A DNA stretch of 64,000 bases from Syntrophales bacterium (lineage in GTDB: Bacteria > Desulfobacterota > Syntrophia > Syntrophales > PHBD01). Location of the stretch: NCBI GenBank assembly GCA_963668175.1, contig OY764159.1, positions 3,552,001-3,616,000 of the forward strand. Reading direction: 5' to 3'. Positions 27,406 through 38,116 of this stretch are shown piece by piece; the first letter of the stretch is position 1, and each line of letters starts with the position of its first letter. The translations under genes and the position numbers were made by a program. The notes beneath the pieces are model-generated. The model did no database searches, was not told the origin of the DNA, and worked only from the letters and a program-made list of their open reading frames with translations.

Positions 27406-28556
27406 ATCTCTTTCTCCCTGACGGCAAGAAACACTTTATACAGCACGGTAACGATCAAGAATCCCATGGCCCAGATACCCACAGCAACGGCCGTTTCAGG
27501 CCCCGTGGGCAGGTAACGCGTGATATGCCCCAGAGGAGAAGGCACAAAACCGGTAATCAGAAGTCCCAACCCTTTCTCGATCCAAAGGGCTAGAAAGACC
27601 GCGACGCAGGCGACGGCAAGCGTCGATTCCTTCTTCCGCGTCCCTGGATTGAGCAAAAGGACAAGGGCCAGAATCGCGAGGACGATCGCGAAGGTCATTC
27701 CGTTGGCGACCATATTGTATCCTTCCAGGCCCGCAAAGAGAAACCGGTAATGCTCCATCTCGTCCGGGATCTGGCCGTAGTAGACGGTCCAGAGCTCCAC
27801 CACGATGAAGAAGATGCATGTGATGAAGGCATACGTGACGATCTTCGCCAGGGTATCGACCGCTTTTTTCCCGGCATCGAACCCGCCGAACCTCTTCAGG
27901 ATAAGGCAAAAGAGAATCAGGAGGGCCGGACCGGAGGCAAACGCGGCAGCGAGAAAACGGGGGGCCATGATCGCCGTGAGCCAGAAACTCCGGCCGGGCA
28001 TGCCCGAATAGATGAAGGCCGTCATCGTGTGGATGCTGATGGCCCAGGGGATGGAGAGGTATATGATCGGCTTGACCCAGCGAGGCGGAGGGACGCCTTC
28101 CCGGTCGGCCGTGAGGACCGTCCAGCCGCTGATAAGGTTCAACACGAGATAGACGGTCAGAACAACCATGTCCCAGAAAAGCACCGATGTCAGCGAGGGA
28201 TAGAGCATCACATAGAAGACGCGGGCGGGCTGGCCGAGGTTGACGAAAATGAAGGTCATGCACATGATCACGGAGGCGATGGCGAGGAATTCACCGAGAA
28301 CGGTAATCTTGCCGAAGGCCTTGTAGTCGTGGAGGTAGTATGGCAGGACCAGCATCACGGCCGAGGCCGCGATTCCGACAAGAAACGTGAACTGCGAAAT
28401 ATAGAGCCCCCAGGACACGTCGCGGCTCATGCCGGTGAGGCCCAGGCCGTATTCGAGCTGTCGGAGGTAGAAGTACACACCGGTTCCGAAGAGGACCACG
28501 AGGAACGCAATCCAGATGCCGTATCTCCTGCTTCCCGTCAACGCTTTTTCCAGCAT
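27366..28556 (-). CDS. dsrP: DsrP, NrfD/PsrC-family membrane subunit
   Basis: TGMSRDVSWGLYISQFTFLVG, SIHTMTAF, APRFLA; position after dsrO. Confidence 0.93.
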   Translation of the reverse strand: MLEKALTGSRRYGIWIAFLVVLFGTGVYFYLRQLEYGLGLTGMSRDVSWGLYISQFTFLVGIAASAVMLVLPYYLHDYKAFGKITVLGEFLAIASVIMCMTFIFVNLGQPARVFYVMLYPSLTSVLFWDMVVLTVYLVLNLISGWTVLTADREGVPPPRWVKPIIYLSIPWAISIHTMTAFIYSGMPGRSFWLTAIMAPRFLAAAFASGPALLILFCLILKRFGGFDAGKKAVDTLAKIVTYAFITCIFFIVVELWTVYYGQIPDEMEHYRFLFAGLEGYNMVANGMTFAIVLAILALVLLLNPGTRKKESTLAVACVAVFLALWIEKGLGLLITGFVPSPLGHITRYLPTGPETAVAVGIWAMGFLIVTVLYKVFLAVREKEICRQKRMISRKNP

Positions 28557-28563
28557 GGCAACC

Positions 28564-29352
28564 TCAGAAAATATAATAAACCTGCGGCTTCGTCCCCAGC
28601 TCCGCCTTCCGGCGGATCGAAAATCCCCGGTCCAGAAGCCTGCGGACATCCGAGGCGGGTTCTTCCATGTCCCCAAAAACAAGCGCTCTGCTCTTGCAGG
28701 CCAGCACGCAGGCGGGGAGAAGCCCGCGGGCGAGCCGTTCTTCGCAGAAATTGCACTTTTCGATGACTCCCTTGCTGCGGGTGGGATAATCGGGGTTGAG
28801 TTTCTTGATAAAGGGCCTCGGGTTCCGGAAATTGATGCTTCGCGCCCCGTAAGGACAGGCGGCCAGGCAGATTTTGCAGCCGATACAGCGGTGATAGTCC
28901 ATCATCACGATGCCGTCGGCCCTTTTAAACGTCGCCCCCGTCGGGCAGACCCGTACGCAGGGCGGATTGTCGCAATGGTTGCAGAGGACGAGGAGCGGAA
29001 CCTTCTTCACCGCCTCCATGATGTAGGGATGGTTCTCCGCCGGAAAGATATTGGCAAAGCGCTCCCGCCATATCCACTTCACGTCGTCCTTGGGGTTGCC
29101 GAAGTCGGGGACATTGTGCGCGAGATGGCAGGCGTCGATGCAGTCCCGGCAATCGTCGGGACAATTCCAGGCATTGACCGCCATGCCCCACCGCTTTGCC
29201 GACAGAGGCTTGGCGACAGATGGAGACGCCGGGGCCGGGACAGGCGCCGCGATGCGGTTCCGGGCGGAGACGACCCTCGCGAGAGGTGAACATACGACAC
29301 CGGCGGCCGCCAGACCGGACATGATCAGCATTTCTCTCCGGCTCGTCTTCAT
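28564..29352 (-). CDS. dsrO: DsrO, Tat-exported Fe-S protein
   Basis: SRREML Tat motif; CNHCDNPPCVRVCP, CIGCKICLAACP, EKCNFC. Confidence 0.93.
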   Translation of the reverse strand: MKTSRREMLIMSGLAAAGVVCSPLARVVSARNRIAAPVPAPASPSVAKPLSAKRWGMAVNAWNCPDDCRDCIDACHLAHNVPDFGNPKDDVKWIWRERFANIFPAENHPYIMEAVKKVPLLVLCNHCDNPPCVRVCPTGATFKRADGIVMMDYHRCIGCKICLAACPYGARSINFRNPRPFIKKLNPDYPTRSKGVIEKCNFCEERLARGLLPACVLACKSRALVFGDMEEPASDVRRLLDRGFSIRRKAELGTKPQVYYIF

Positions 29353-29753
29353 TTTGGGATATCCTCCGGGATAATATGGCAGTTCCAGCAGTCGGGCTTC
29401 GCCCCCACGTAGGTATGGCACCTGTCGCAGAAATGCTTCTGATTGCTGTGGCAGTTCAGGCACGTTCCCGTCAGGTTCATTTCAAACGTCTTCCCGTTCG
29501 TCGCCGTGTAGATGCGGTTTCCTTTCCGGACGGCACTGTCCCGCCAGGCGACAAGCAGTTTCATATGGTTTGTGCGCATAAAGGGCGTGCTTTCAATGCA
29601 CTTTCTCTCCGCAAGTTTCTTGATCACCGGCGTGTCCAGTTCAAGGTCCGGCGGGGCGACCACCTTGCCCCTGCCGTACCAGAAGGGAAAGGTGGCAACG
29701 ATCAGGAAGACCGCAAGGCCTGCTATGATTAATCCCCTGTCACGGAGTTTCAT
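29349..29753 (-). CDS. dsrJ: DsrJ, trihaem cytochrome c
   Basis: Three CxxCH motifs (CLNCH, CDRCH, CWNCH), C...MRTNHM and an N-terminal anchor. Confidence 0.93.
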   Translation of the reverse strand: MKLRDRGLIIAGLAVFLIVATFPFWYGRGKVVAPPDLELDTPVIKKLAERKCIESTPFMRTNHMKLLVAWRDSAVRKGNRIYTATNGKTFEMNLTGTCLNCHSNQKHFCDRCHTYVGAKPDCWNCHIIPEDIPK

Positions 29754-31359
29754 CTTCCCTTCCTTCCGCCAGCGGATCGCCGCGCAGATCCGTCTGCCGC
29801 GCCTTTTCCCCCTTCATAACCAGGGCATTGGCCAATAGTTCGTGGACACCCATGACCGTCACGCCCGGCACCCAGTAGTCCATGAGAGCGGACAGGGTCG
29901 AACGGTCGATGGCGCATATGCAACCCAACCGGTTTACGCCATGCTTCTCCTTCACGTGCTTCACGGCCATGGCCCGGGGCATCCCCCCCCGCATCCGCAT
30001 CTCGATATTTTCGTCGTTGCCGAGCCCTGCCCCACCCCCGCAGCAGAACGTCTTTTCCCGGATGGTGTCTTCGGGCATCTCATAGAAATGATGCGCGGAA
30101 TTCCGGATGATGTATCGCGGCTCCTCGAAAAGGCCCATGGCCCGCGCGGGGTTGCAGGAATCGTGAAACGTGATCCGCAGGTGGTCGTTCCGGCCGGGGT
30201 CCAGCTTCAGTTTGCCGTTCCTGATCAGGTCGGATGTAAACTCGGTGATGTGTACCATTTTGGTGCCGCGGGCGTTTTCAAACCGCGTTCCCGTGAGCGG
30301 GGAGACAGGCTCCGCAAGGAACTCGGCGGGACCGTTCATCGTGTCCATATACTGGTGGATGACCCGCCACATATGGCCGCATTCGCCGCCGAGGATCCAT
30401 TTGACGCCGAGACGCCTCGCCTCGGCGTAAATCTTCGCGTTGAGGCGTTTGACCAGTTCGTGGGACGTGAAGAGACCGAAGTTGCCACCCTCGGAGGCAT
30501 ACGTGCTGAACGTGTAATTCAGGCCGATCTCATGGAAGAGCATCATGTAGCCCATGCAGGTGTATGTTCCCGGGTCGGCGAAGTAATCGCCCGAAGGTGC
30601 GACGAAAAGAATGTCCGCGCCTTTTTTGTTGATGGGCACCGTAACGCGGACCCCTGTCCGGTCCTCGATATCGTCGGCCAGGAAGTCGAGCATGTCCTTG
30701 ATGCCGCCGGGCTGGATGCCCAGGTGGTTTCCCGTGCGGAAGCAGTTCGCCGCGGGCTCGATGGCCCAGTTGATGTTGCAGCCGACGAGATTCAGGAGTT
30801 CCCTGCCGATCATGGTGATGTCCGCCTGATCGATGCCGTAAGGGCAGAAGACGGAACAGCGGCGGCACTCGGTGCACTGGTAGAAATAGTAGAACCATTC
30901 CTTGAGAACATCCACTGTCAGGTCCCTCGCCCCGGCGAGCTTCCCGAAACGCCTGCCCGCCTCGGTGAAATAACGGCGGTAGACCGACCGCAGCAGTTCC
31001 GCGCGAAGGACCGGCATATTCTTGGGATCGCCGCCGCCGATGTAAAAATGGCATTTGTCGGCGCAGGCGCCGCATCTCACACAGATATCCATGAAGAGTT
31101 TGAAAGACCGGTACTTCTCCAGGCGTTCCCGCATGCCGTCCAGAATGATCTGCTTCCAGTTTTCCGGCAGTTTCCAGTCTTCTTCGTAAGGCTGCCAGGT
31201 TCGCGGGTTCGGCAGGCCGAGATAGGCGAGATTTTTTGCCGCCCCGCTGTAGCTCCAGGTCCCCGGACGAAACGCGACCGGCGTATTCATCCAGGGCGTA
31301 TCCGGCACATCATAATCGATCCGGATGAGTTCTTCGGTTCCCGGCAATTTGATCGACAC
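29740..31359 (-). CDS. dsrK: DsrK catalytic subunit
   Basis: CVRCGACADKC, CTECRRCSVFC, GECGH, HDSCN, CCGGG, CAID. Confidence 0.95.
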   Translation of the reverse strand: MSIKLPGTEELIRIDYDVPDTPWMNTPVAFRPGTWSYSGAAKNLAYLGLPNPRTWQPYEEDWKLPENWKQIILDGMRERLEKYRSFKLFMDICVRCGACADKCHFYIGGGDPKNMPVLRAELLRSVYRRYFTEAGRRFGKLAGARDLTVDVLKEWFYYFYQCTECRRCSVFCPYGIDQADITMIGRELLNLVGCNINWAIEPAANCFRTGNHLGIQPGGIKDMLDFLADDIEDRTGVRVTVPINKKGADILFVAPSGDYFADPGTYTCMGYMMLFHEIGLNYTFSTYASEGGNFGLFTSHELVKRLNAKIYAEARRLGVKWILGGECGHMWRVIHQYMDTMNGPAEFLAEPVSPLTGTRFENARGTKMVHITEFTSDLIRNGKLKLDPGRNDHLRITFHDSCNPARAMGLFEEPRYIIRNSAHHFYEMPEDTIREKTFCCGGGAGLGNDENIEMRMRGGMPRAMAVKHVKEKHGVNRLGCICAIDRSTLSALMDYWVPGVTVMGVHELLANALVMKGEKARQTDLRGDPLAEGREDETP

Positions 31360-31362
31360 GCT

Positions 31363-32349
31363 TCACTCCTTCTCCACCGGCAATCCGGCCGTTTTCATCT
31401 GCTCGCGGAAGTCGTCCTCGTATTCCTCGTAGGTATGGACCTTGACCGGCGCGTTCCAGGGATTGACGTGACGGCGCATCCGGCTGTCGTTGGCCAGATT
31501 CCGCGTCGGGCTCAAGAAGACCCCTCCCATGTGCATCAGCTTGCTGAAGGGAAACCAGGCCAGAAGAACGCATACAAAAACGAGGTGCGTCTGGAAGAGA
31601 ACGCTCAAATCCTTGGGAATGATGGGCGCAAATGTGACCCATCCCATAGCGAGGCTTTTCACCTGCTCCAGATCCGCGGGATAGACCATCCGCATGAGGA
31701 CGCCCGTTACGGCAATGGACAGGAGCAATAACAGAGAAAAGTGATCGGCAAAAAGGGAGATATATTTCACTTGCACGACAAAAAGACGGCGCAGAACGAG
31801 GAAGGTCAGTCCCGCCAGGAGCGCGATATCGCTCAAATAGAGCACCGGGACGCCGATCTGGAAAAAGCCGTCGATCGCCGACAGGCCATTGATCCAGGAA
31901 GTGACCGGCTCGATAAAGAAGCGCAGATGACGGACCACGATGATCAGGAGCGACCAGTGAAAAAGCATCGCGAAAAGCCAAAGCCATTTTGCGCTGCCGT
32001 AAACGGGCCTGCCGTTTACAAGTTTAAGTTCCGAGTTCCGGAAGAGCGACCGGAAACAGAGCACTTCCAGGGCCATCCGAACGAACACGCCGGTCTTCGT
32101 GGACGGACTTTCCAGAGGCTCACCCTTCAGCCAGTATAGCGATTTTTGCTGGCCGCACGTCGTCGTGATACGGAAGGGAACGGGGACCCTGGCCCAGGCG
32201 ATCACTCGATAGACAACCCCACCTATAAAAGCAGCAAATGCGGCGTAAGGAAGGACGATCAGCACTACCGGGGAAAGGGGGCTGACGGCGATTCCAGCGG
32301 CCAATGCGGTCAGAATCAGAATGGCTATAAAGGCGCAGATAAAGTTCAT
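31363..32349 (-). CDS. dsrM: DsrM, dihaem cytochrome b
   Basis: PVPFRITTTCGQQKSL, FHW...RH, H...PFSKLMH, SPTRN. Confidence 0.95.
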   Translation of the reverse strand: MNFICAFIAILILTALAAGIAVSPLSPVVLIVLPYAAFAAFIGGVVYRVIAWARVPVPFRITTTCGQQKSLYWLKGEPLESPSTKTGVFVRMALEVLCFRSLFRNSELKLVNGRPVYGSAKWLWLFAMLFHWSLLIIVVRHLRFFIEPVTSWINGLSAIDGFFQIGVPVLYLSDIALLAGLTFLVLRRLFVVQVKYISLFADHFSLLLLLSIAVTGVLMRMVYPADLEQVKSLAMGWVTFAPIIPKDLSVLFQTHLVFVCVLLAWFPFSKLMHMGGVFLSPTRNLANDSRMRRHVNPWNAPVKVHTYEEYEDDFREQMKTAGLPVEKE

Positions 32350-32365
32350 GGCTGCCGTTCTTCCC

Positions 32366-33979
32366 TCAAGAATTCCAGGACGGTTCGTCCCCGAAACGGA
32401 TGATCGCTTTCTTCATGCCGACCAGGGCGTTTACAACCAGCTCGACCAAACCTCCATAATAGAGCCTGCTTCGCTCCTCGGCATGGTAATAACCGATGAG
32501 ATCCCGGATCGTCCCCTTGCAGTTCGAGCAGGGTGCGCAAACGTATTTCGGGATGTCGGCAGGTTCGTTTTCAAAGGCCTTGAGAATCTGCATAAATTTC
32601 TTCCTGCTGCTGACCAGGTTCCGCCAGTCGGCGAAGTTGAACCCCGACATGATGGCAAACCCGGAACCGCCGCCGCAGCAATAATTGTCCACGCCGTGGG
32701 GCCACATTTCCCGGAAACGCGGGGCGATCTTTCTCAAGATGCGCCTTTGCGGCTCGACGATGCCCATGGCCCGGACGACGTTGCAGGGATCGTGCAGGGT
32801 AACGGGGAAATCGTTGCGGCGGGGGTCAAACTGCAATCCGCCGTTCATGACGATGTCCTCAAGGGTGACGAGGGCGGACTCCCGCGGGATATTGAGGTTT
32901 CCCGTGAGCAGACGGTCTGCGGTGACCGTCAGGGCCTTGTGAGCGTGTCCGCATTCGCCGACGACGATCTTCTTGACCTTCAGCCGCCTGGCAATGTCGG
33001 CATGCCTCACGGCGACACGGGCGAACTGGACATCGTCATACCAGAGTCCGTAGTTGACGACGTCGTATCCGGCGGCCTCCGAAGACAACGTCCAGGAAAT
33101 GCCCGCGGCCTGAAAGATGATCGCAAAGGCCCCCACGTTTTCAGGCCAGGAGAGAATCTCCCCGGCATTGTGCAAAAGCAGGATATCCGCCCCTTCCACG
33201 TCCCAGGGGATTTCGACCTTGGCGCCCGTGATCTCTTTCATCTCCTCCTGGATGAATTCGATGTTGTCCTTGGCGGCGGCGGGATTCATGCCCGTGGAAG
33301 ATCCGGCCCGGAGATGCTGGACGCTTCCCTTCTCATGGATCTCCTTGGGCGCGATTCCCATTTCCTGGGAGAAGAGTTTTCGAATCTCATGGCTGATGAG
33401 GGCGTTGTCGACGCCGATCGGGCAGACCGACGCGCAACGGCGGCAGAGCGAACAGCGGTAAGAAAGCTCGGCCAGGCGTGCAATCGCCTGCCAGTTCAGG
33501 TCGATATCGCCCGTGAATTTTGCGGCGATCTTTCCTCCCGGCTTGATATACTTTCTGTAGATCTTCCGCAGGACCTCCGCGCGGAAAATCGGTCTGTAGA
33601 TCTCTTTTCTGCCGCTCATCTCATAGGCGGGACAGGCATCGGCACAGGTCTGGCATTTAGCGCAGTGTTCCATCGAAAGCATGAAAGGCTGCAGGAAGGT
33701 CCAGTTGTTCTCGCGTTCAAAAAGCTTTTGAAGACCGGCCAGAAACCGGCGCACAAGCTCCTCTTCTTCTTCCTTGGTCGCCGGCTTGGGAATGCCGATC
33801 GCCACGGTGTCGTCCAGGCTCGTTTCGATATGTTTGACCCTCTCCGGATTCAGGGGCGTGATCGTCTTCTGGTTGAAATCCTCGTAAGGAGGCGGGAGAG
33901 GAACCAACTCGCCGGGCGAGATATGAACCAGGCAGTCGGACGGCTTGGCTATGTCGGCGGGTTTAAGTGACGATTTCAT
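32366..33979 (-). CDS. Second DsrK/HdrD-like Fe-S subunit (DsrK2)
   Basis: CAKCQTCADAC, CSLCRRCASVC, GECGH, HDPCN, CCGGG, PCSNC. Confidence 0.85.
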   Translation of the reverse strand: MKSSLKPADIAKPSDCLVHISPGELVPLPPPYEDFNQKTITPLNPERVKHIETSLDDTVAIGIPKPATKEEEEELVRRFLAGLQKLFERENNWTFLQPFMLSMEHCAKCQTCADACPAYEMSGRKEIYRPIFRAEVLRKIYRKYIKPGGKIAAKFTGDIDLNWQAIARLAELSYRCSLCRRCASVCPIGVDNALISHEIRKLFSQEMGIAPKEIHEKGSVQHLRAGSSTGMNPAAAKDNIEFIQEEMKEITGAKVEIPWDVEGADILLLHNAGEILSWPENVGAFAIIFQAAGISWTLSSEAAGYDVVNYGLWYDDVQFARVAVRHADIARRLKVKKIVVGECGHAHKALTVTADRLLTGNLNIPRESALVTLEDIVMNGGLQFDPRRNDFPVTLHDPCNVVRAMGIVEPQRRILRKIAPRFREMWPHGVDNYCCGGGSGFAIMSGFNFADWRNLVSSRKKFMQILKAFENEPADIPKYVCAPCSNCKGTIRDLIGYYHAEERSRLYYGGLVELVVNALVGMKKAIIRFGDEPSWNS

Positions 33980-34893
33980 TGTTTCTCCTTGGGCGGGGAG
34001 GAAACGATATCGCGCCAGTTTTTTTGCCCGTCCGCATCCACGTGCCTGGCCCGCCAGGTCGGTTTGAGACCCAGATAGTCCGCTACGGCGGCCTCGATCC
34101 TGTCGCCGGGCCGATTGGGGGCGTCATCCCACGCAACCCGGTGGTAGAGAAAATATTTCATGAACATGTGGGACATGTGCGTAAGCGGTATATAAGCCAT
34201 AAGGAGCGACGCCGATACGATGGCCATCGCGCCGGGCCGGGACGGAGCCGGGGTCCGGAAACGGCCCCCCGTCAGCAGGGCCAGGACATAATCCTTGGCG
34301 CCGTCCCAGAAAGGATCGACCATGAAAGTCGCCGCCAGGGCGGAAAGGAAAAACAGGAGGTTGAAAAGGAGATTGAAATAATCGGATACCGTCGCGTAGG
34401 CCCTGAGGTCCGGATCGGTCAGGCGCCTGTAGAGAAGGCCCAGCGTACCTAAAGTCCCCAGAATCACGCCGCTCCAGCCGACGGCGGCCACGAACGAGTC
34501 CGTAAGGCTGCGTAAGGCAGGCGCCTCCCAAACGGCAAGTCCGGCGCGCAGGAACATGAGTCCTAAAGCGGCCAACATAAGATACAATCCGAAGTGGAAA
34601 GGAAAAGAGACCCACCAGAGGCTTCTGTTGTTATGCCACAGTCCACGGATAAAGAGGATCTCCGGAACCATGAAACGGATCTCGTTGGTAAGCGATCGTT
34701 CCTGTTTCTTCGTCCACCAATCGTGTTCTTCCATGTAGGAGCCGCCATAGGCGGTTTTGGCGGCGGGTTCATGCTGGACGGGATAGAGTTCCCAGCGGAC
34801 ATGGACGGGAAGGGTCAGCTGCACGTAAATCCGGTAGCCGCATGCCAGCACAAAGACGGCCGCGCATAGATAGGACAAGAGGTAGAAGCCCAT
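33976..34893 (-). CDS. Second DsrM/NarI-like membrane subunit (DsrM2)
   Basis: PVHVRWELYP, PFHFGLY, PLTHMSH and several TM helices. ATGA overlap with dsrK2. Confidence 0.8.
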   Translation of the reverse strand: MGFYLLSYLCAAVFVLACGYRIYVQLTLPVHVRWELYPVQHEPAAKTAYGGSYMEEHDWWTKKQERSLTNEIRFMVPEILFIRGLWHNNRSLWWVSFPFHFGLYLMLAALGLMFLRAGLAVWEAPALRSLTDSFVAAVGWSGVILGTLGTLGLLYRRLTDPDLRAYATVSDYFNLLFNLLFFLSALAATFMVDPFWDGAKDYVLALLTGGRFRTPAPSRPGAMAIVSASLLMAYIPLTHMSHMFMKYFLYHRVAWDDAPNRPGDRIEAAVADYLGLKPTWRARHVDADGQKNWRDIVSSPPKEKQ

Positions 34894-34994
34894 AAGTCTT
34901 TTCCCTGAGTTTCCCCTTCCTCAATGTGTCCCCGGGGCAGTTTCCGATGCGTCGTACGGTCGAGCCGGAAGATGCTCACCCGAAGAGGTTGCTT

Positions 34995-35315
34995 TCAGAC
35001 GCAGCCGGTCGGCTTCGAAAGCCCGGCCAGTTTGCAGGCTCCCTTGGCAGGCCCCGTGGGATACAGTTCGTATAGCCTCTTCATATCTATACCGTTATCC
35101 TTGCAGAGCTTACGAATCATGGGTGCAATACCGAACTGCTGGAAATAATTACGCAGATAGTTGATGATTTTCCAGTGCTCCTCCGTTAATGTCCCTTCGA
35201 TACCCTCTTCTTTGGCATAGGCCTGGGCGAATTCTTCGCTCCATTTATCCAATTCCTGAAGGAACCCGTCTTCATCCACTTCGTACGTCTTTCCTGCCAG
35301 TTCAATTTGCGGCAT
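34995..35315 (-). CDS. dsrC: DsrC sulfur carrier
   Basis: DEDGFL, EEHW and a C-terminal arm GPAKGACKLAGLSKPTGCV with both Cys. Confidence 0.96.
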   Translation of the reverse strand: MPQIELAGKTYEVDEDGFLQELDKWSEEFAQAYAKEEGIEGTLTEEHWKIINYLRNYFQQFGIAPMIRKLCKDNGIDMKRLYELYPTGPAKGACKLAGLSKPTGCV

Positions 35316-35356
35316 AACCAAAACCTCCTTTTGCAGTTATCATTCGATTGGATTTG

Positions 35357-36799
35357 TCATCCATTCGCCCGGCGTCCCTGTTCCGCCACCGACGCCGCCG
35401 GCTCGTTCTTATCGTTATGGCGGTACTGCCTGGCCTTTTCGATCAGAAGCTCCGCCCATTGAGGCGTTCCCAAAGCATGCAGATGCGTGAAGGACGCCAG
35501 TATATTCTTCCTGCAGAGGGCATCCCTGTTCTCTCCCATGCCGGTTCCTTTCAGAAGCCGGTAAGCCGTATGGACTTCCCCACGTTTGCAGGCAAGGATG
35601 CGCGAGTAATGGAACTCGTGCCCGGTCAACCGCATACCGACAGGGAAGAAGGGATTGATGCCCACGACGTCCGCAACCGTATACCCATGTCCCTGAGGCC
35701 TCTTTTCCATACCGAAGACCACGGGAAGCGCCCCGACCATAGGATAGCGTCTATCGCCGATGACCAGGCTTTCGCCCAGGTAAATGAAGCCGCCGCATTC
35801 GGCGTAAATCGGGAGCCCCCCTTCGGCGGCCTCCAGCAGAGAGCGGCGAAAGCTTTCGTTTGCCGAGAGCGCCTCCGCCTGAGTCTCCGGAAAGCCGCCG
35901 CCGATATAAAGGGCATCCAATCGCGGCAGGACCTTATCGTCTATGGCGCTGAGGTCCACGATTCTCGCGCCGCATTCCGCCAATGCCTCGATGTTTTCCC
36001 GGTAATAAAACTGAAATGCCCTGTCCCTGATGATGCCGACAGAGACCGGCTCTCCCGAAGCCCTGTTCCCCGGCTCCGCCTGAAGAGCAATATCGTCTTT
36101 CCAGGATGCTGCGCTCTGCGCAATCCGGATGAGGCCATCTATATCCAGTTCGCTTTCCGCCAGGAATACGGCCTGTCTGATAACATCGGCAACGTTGTCG
36201 TGTTCCTGCGGAGGAACCAACCCTAAGTGTCTTTCCAAAAAGGGAAAATCGGCTATCCTCGGTATGGCGCCAAAGACGGGAAGGCCGCAGCTTTCCCGCA
36301 CGGCCCTTGTGATAACGGACGAATGGCGGTTGCTACCCACCCGATTCAGGATGACGCCGCGGATATCGACTTCCGGATCGAGACACTGGCAGCCCCGGAC
36401 CATCGCGGCTGCCGTGCGGGTAACCTTATCGGAATCGACGACGAGAATGACGGGGGCCTTGATCATTTTTGCCAGTTCCGCTGTGCTGTATGCGCCGGCG
36501 GAGTTCACACCGTCGTACAGTCCCCGATTCCCTTCAACCACGCCCCAGGATCCGGCGGCGCGGCGGTAAAAGGAACGAACTACCTGCTCGGGCCCCATCA
36601 GGAAAGCGTCCAGATTATGACAGGGTTTCGACGCGGCCAGGGACAGCCAGGCCGCGTCGATGTAGTCCGGACCTTTCTTGAAAGGAACAATGTCGATTCC
36701 CCGTTTCCGCAGTGCGGCGACAACCGCCACCGAAATGGCGGTCTTGCCGGCGCCTCCGCGCAGGGAGGCAAAAACGAGTCTAGGGCAGTGCCGTTCCAT
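35357..36799 (-). CDS. dsrN: DsrN siroheme amidase (CbiA/CobB family)
   Basis: GGAGKT, KKGPDYID, EGNRGLYDG, ERHLGL, AECGG, GHEFHYS; located in the dsr operon. Confidence 0.92.
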   Translation of the reverse strand: MERHCPRLVFASLRGGAGKTAISVAVVAALRKRGIDIVPFKKGPDYIDAAWLSLAASKPCHNLDAFLMGPEQVVRSFYRRAAGSWGVVEGNRGLYDGVNSAGAYSTAELAKMIKAPVILVVDSDKVTRTAAAMVRGCQCLDPEVDIRGVILNRVGSNRHSSVITRAVRESCGLPVFGAIPRIADFPFLERHLGLVPPQEHDNVADVIRQAVFLAESELDIDGLIRIAQSAASWKDDIALQAEPGNRASGEPVSVGIIRDRAFQFYYRENIEALAECGARIVDLSAIDDKVLPRLDALYIGGGFPETQAEALSANESFRRSLLEAAEGGLPIYAECGGFIYLGESLVIGDRRYPMVGALPVVFGMEKRPQGHGYTVADVVGINPFFPVGMRLTGHEFHYSRILACKRGEVHTAYRLLKGTGMGENRDALCRKNILASFTHLHALGTPQWAELLIEKARQYRHNDKNEPAASVAEQGRRANG

Positions 36800-36822
36800 G
36801 AGCGATATCCTTGCGCGGCAAA

Positions 36823-37050
36823 TCAGCACTCCTTGGGATAATGTTCGGCGAGCACGATATACGTAGTGCTTCCGCTCGACCAATACTTCAGGACATCATC
36901 CGTGATGAGTTCCTTAACGACATTCTGAATGGCATGTCGGTCTTCATCGGGCAGCCATTTGACGACGTCCCTGATATAGAACATCTTCTTGTCTCCCTTC
37001 GATTTCTGGCGGAATGCATCCAATACCTTCGCCTTCAGAACATCATCCAT
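36823..37050 (-). CDS. dsrD: DsrD
   Basis: KMFYIRD and YWSSGSTT motifs, directly after dsrB. Confidence 0.93.
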   Translation of the reverse strand: MDDVLKAKVLDAFRQKSKGDKKMFYIRDVVKWLPDEDRHAIQNVVKELITDDVLKYWSSGSTTYIVLAEHYPKEC

Positions 37051-37056
37051 GATGGT

Positions 37057-38115
37057 TTACCTCCATTTGAATTGTGTCGACGACCGGAATGTTTCCGTCG
37101 CCAGGTCGAAATCGTCGATATGCTTATCCGTAAAAGGAATTCCCGTCAGGCTGAAGAATCGCTCCCAACCGATCCGTTCGATCCATTCGCCGACCCGTTC
37201 ATACTTGCGGGCGTTGCTCGCGTAGACCTCGATGATATTCTTGACCGCGTCCACCACTTCCGGCCAGCGCGGCGGGTTGTTGGGCAGGAAGGGAATCGCC
37301 AGCTTGGAGAACATCGGTCTGGTTCGTGTATTGGAGACTTTCCCCCCGACCCAGATGGAAATACCGTCGTTATCGGGATCGGCAATCGGCATGGCGGGAC
37401 AGACGGTATAGCAGTTGCCGCAGTACATGCATTTTTCGCTGTTGACGGTGACGGTTTTGTTCTTCATATCGCCTCGGATAGCGCCGGTTGGGCACGACGC
37501 CACCGTCGTCGGGATTTCGCAGAGGTTCGGCAAGCGCGCATTGTCGGTCTTGGGGACCGTACGATGGATACCCAGAATGGCGATGTCGGAGCAATGCACG
37601 GCGCCGCACATGTTGAGACAGCAGGCCAGGGCGATCCGCAGATGGGCGGGAAGCTTCATCGACGTAAAATACTCATGAATCTCATCCATCAGCGCCTTGA
37701 CCGGACCGGACGCATCCGTCGCCGGCGTGTGGCAGTGGACCCATCCCTGGGTGTGGACGATATTGGAGATGGAACGCCCGGTACCGCCGACGGGATATTT
37801 CCGTTTTGCCAGTTCGTCAAGCAGGGGAGAAACCTTTTCCCGATCGGCAAGAAGAAACTCGATGTTGTTGCGGCTGGTGAAGCGAAGATAGCCGTCGCAA
37901 TATTTATCCGCAATATCGCAAATTTCACGGATGTGATCTATCGAAAGCAGACGAGGCGAAGCGGCGCGCACCGTGTAGAGCGCCTCGCCAGTCTCCCCGA
38001 CATGTTTGAGCACTCCCGGCTGGAGATACTCGTGATACTGCCATTTTCCATAGTTTCGTTGGATGACGGGAGGAAGCATGGTCTTGTAATCCGGGGGGCC
38101 GATATCGGTTGCCAT
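37057..38115 (-). CDS. dsrB: Dissimilatory sulfite reductase beta subunit
   Basis: [42 protein letters not shown]. Confidence 0.97.
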   Translation of the reverse strand: MATDIGPPDYKTMLPPVIQRNYGKWQYHEYLQPGVLKHVGETGEALYTVRAASPRLLSIDHIREICDIADKYCDGYLRFTSRNNIEFLLADREKVSPLLDELAKRKYPVGGTGRSISNIVHTQGWVHCHTPATDASGPVKALMDEIHEYFTSMKLPAHLRIALACCLNMCGAVHCSDIAILGIHRTVPKTDNARLPNLCEIPTTVASCPTGAIRGDMKNKTVTVNSEKCMYCGNCYTVCPAMPIADPDNDGISIWVGGKVSNTRTRPMFSKLAIPFLPNNPPRWPEVVDAVKNIIEVYASNARKYERVGEWIERIGWERFFSLTGIPFTDKHIDDFDLATETFRSSTQFKWR

Positions 38116-38116
38116 A

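Noticed and set aside
29740..31359. Asp instead of the last Cys in the DsrK CCG motif (CAID) as a defect
   Set aside because: This substitution is common in genuine DsrK proteins.
29842..31731. Long antisense ORFs (also 7190-8806, 32321-33970, 56757-58850 and others)
   Set aside because: They lie opposite well-supported genes, have no motifs, and are expected shadows of high-GC codon usage.
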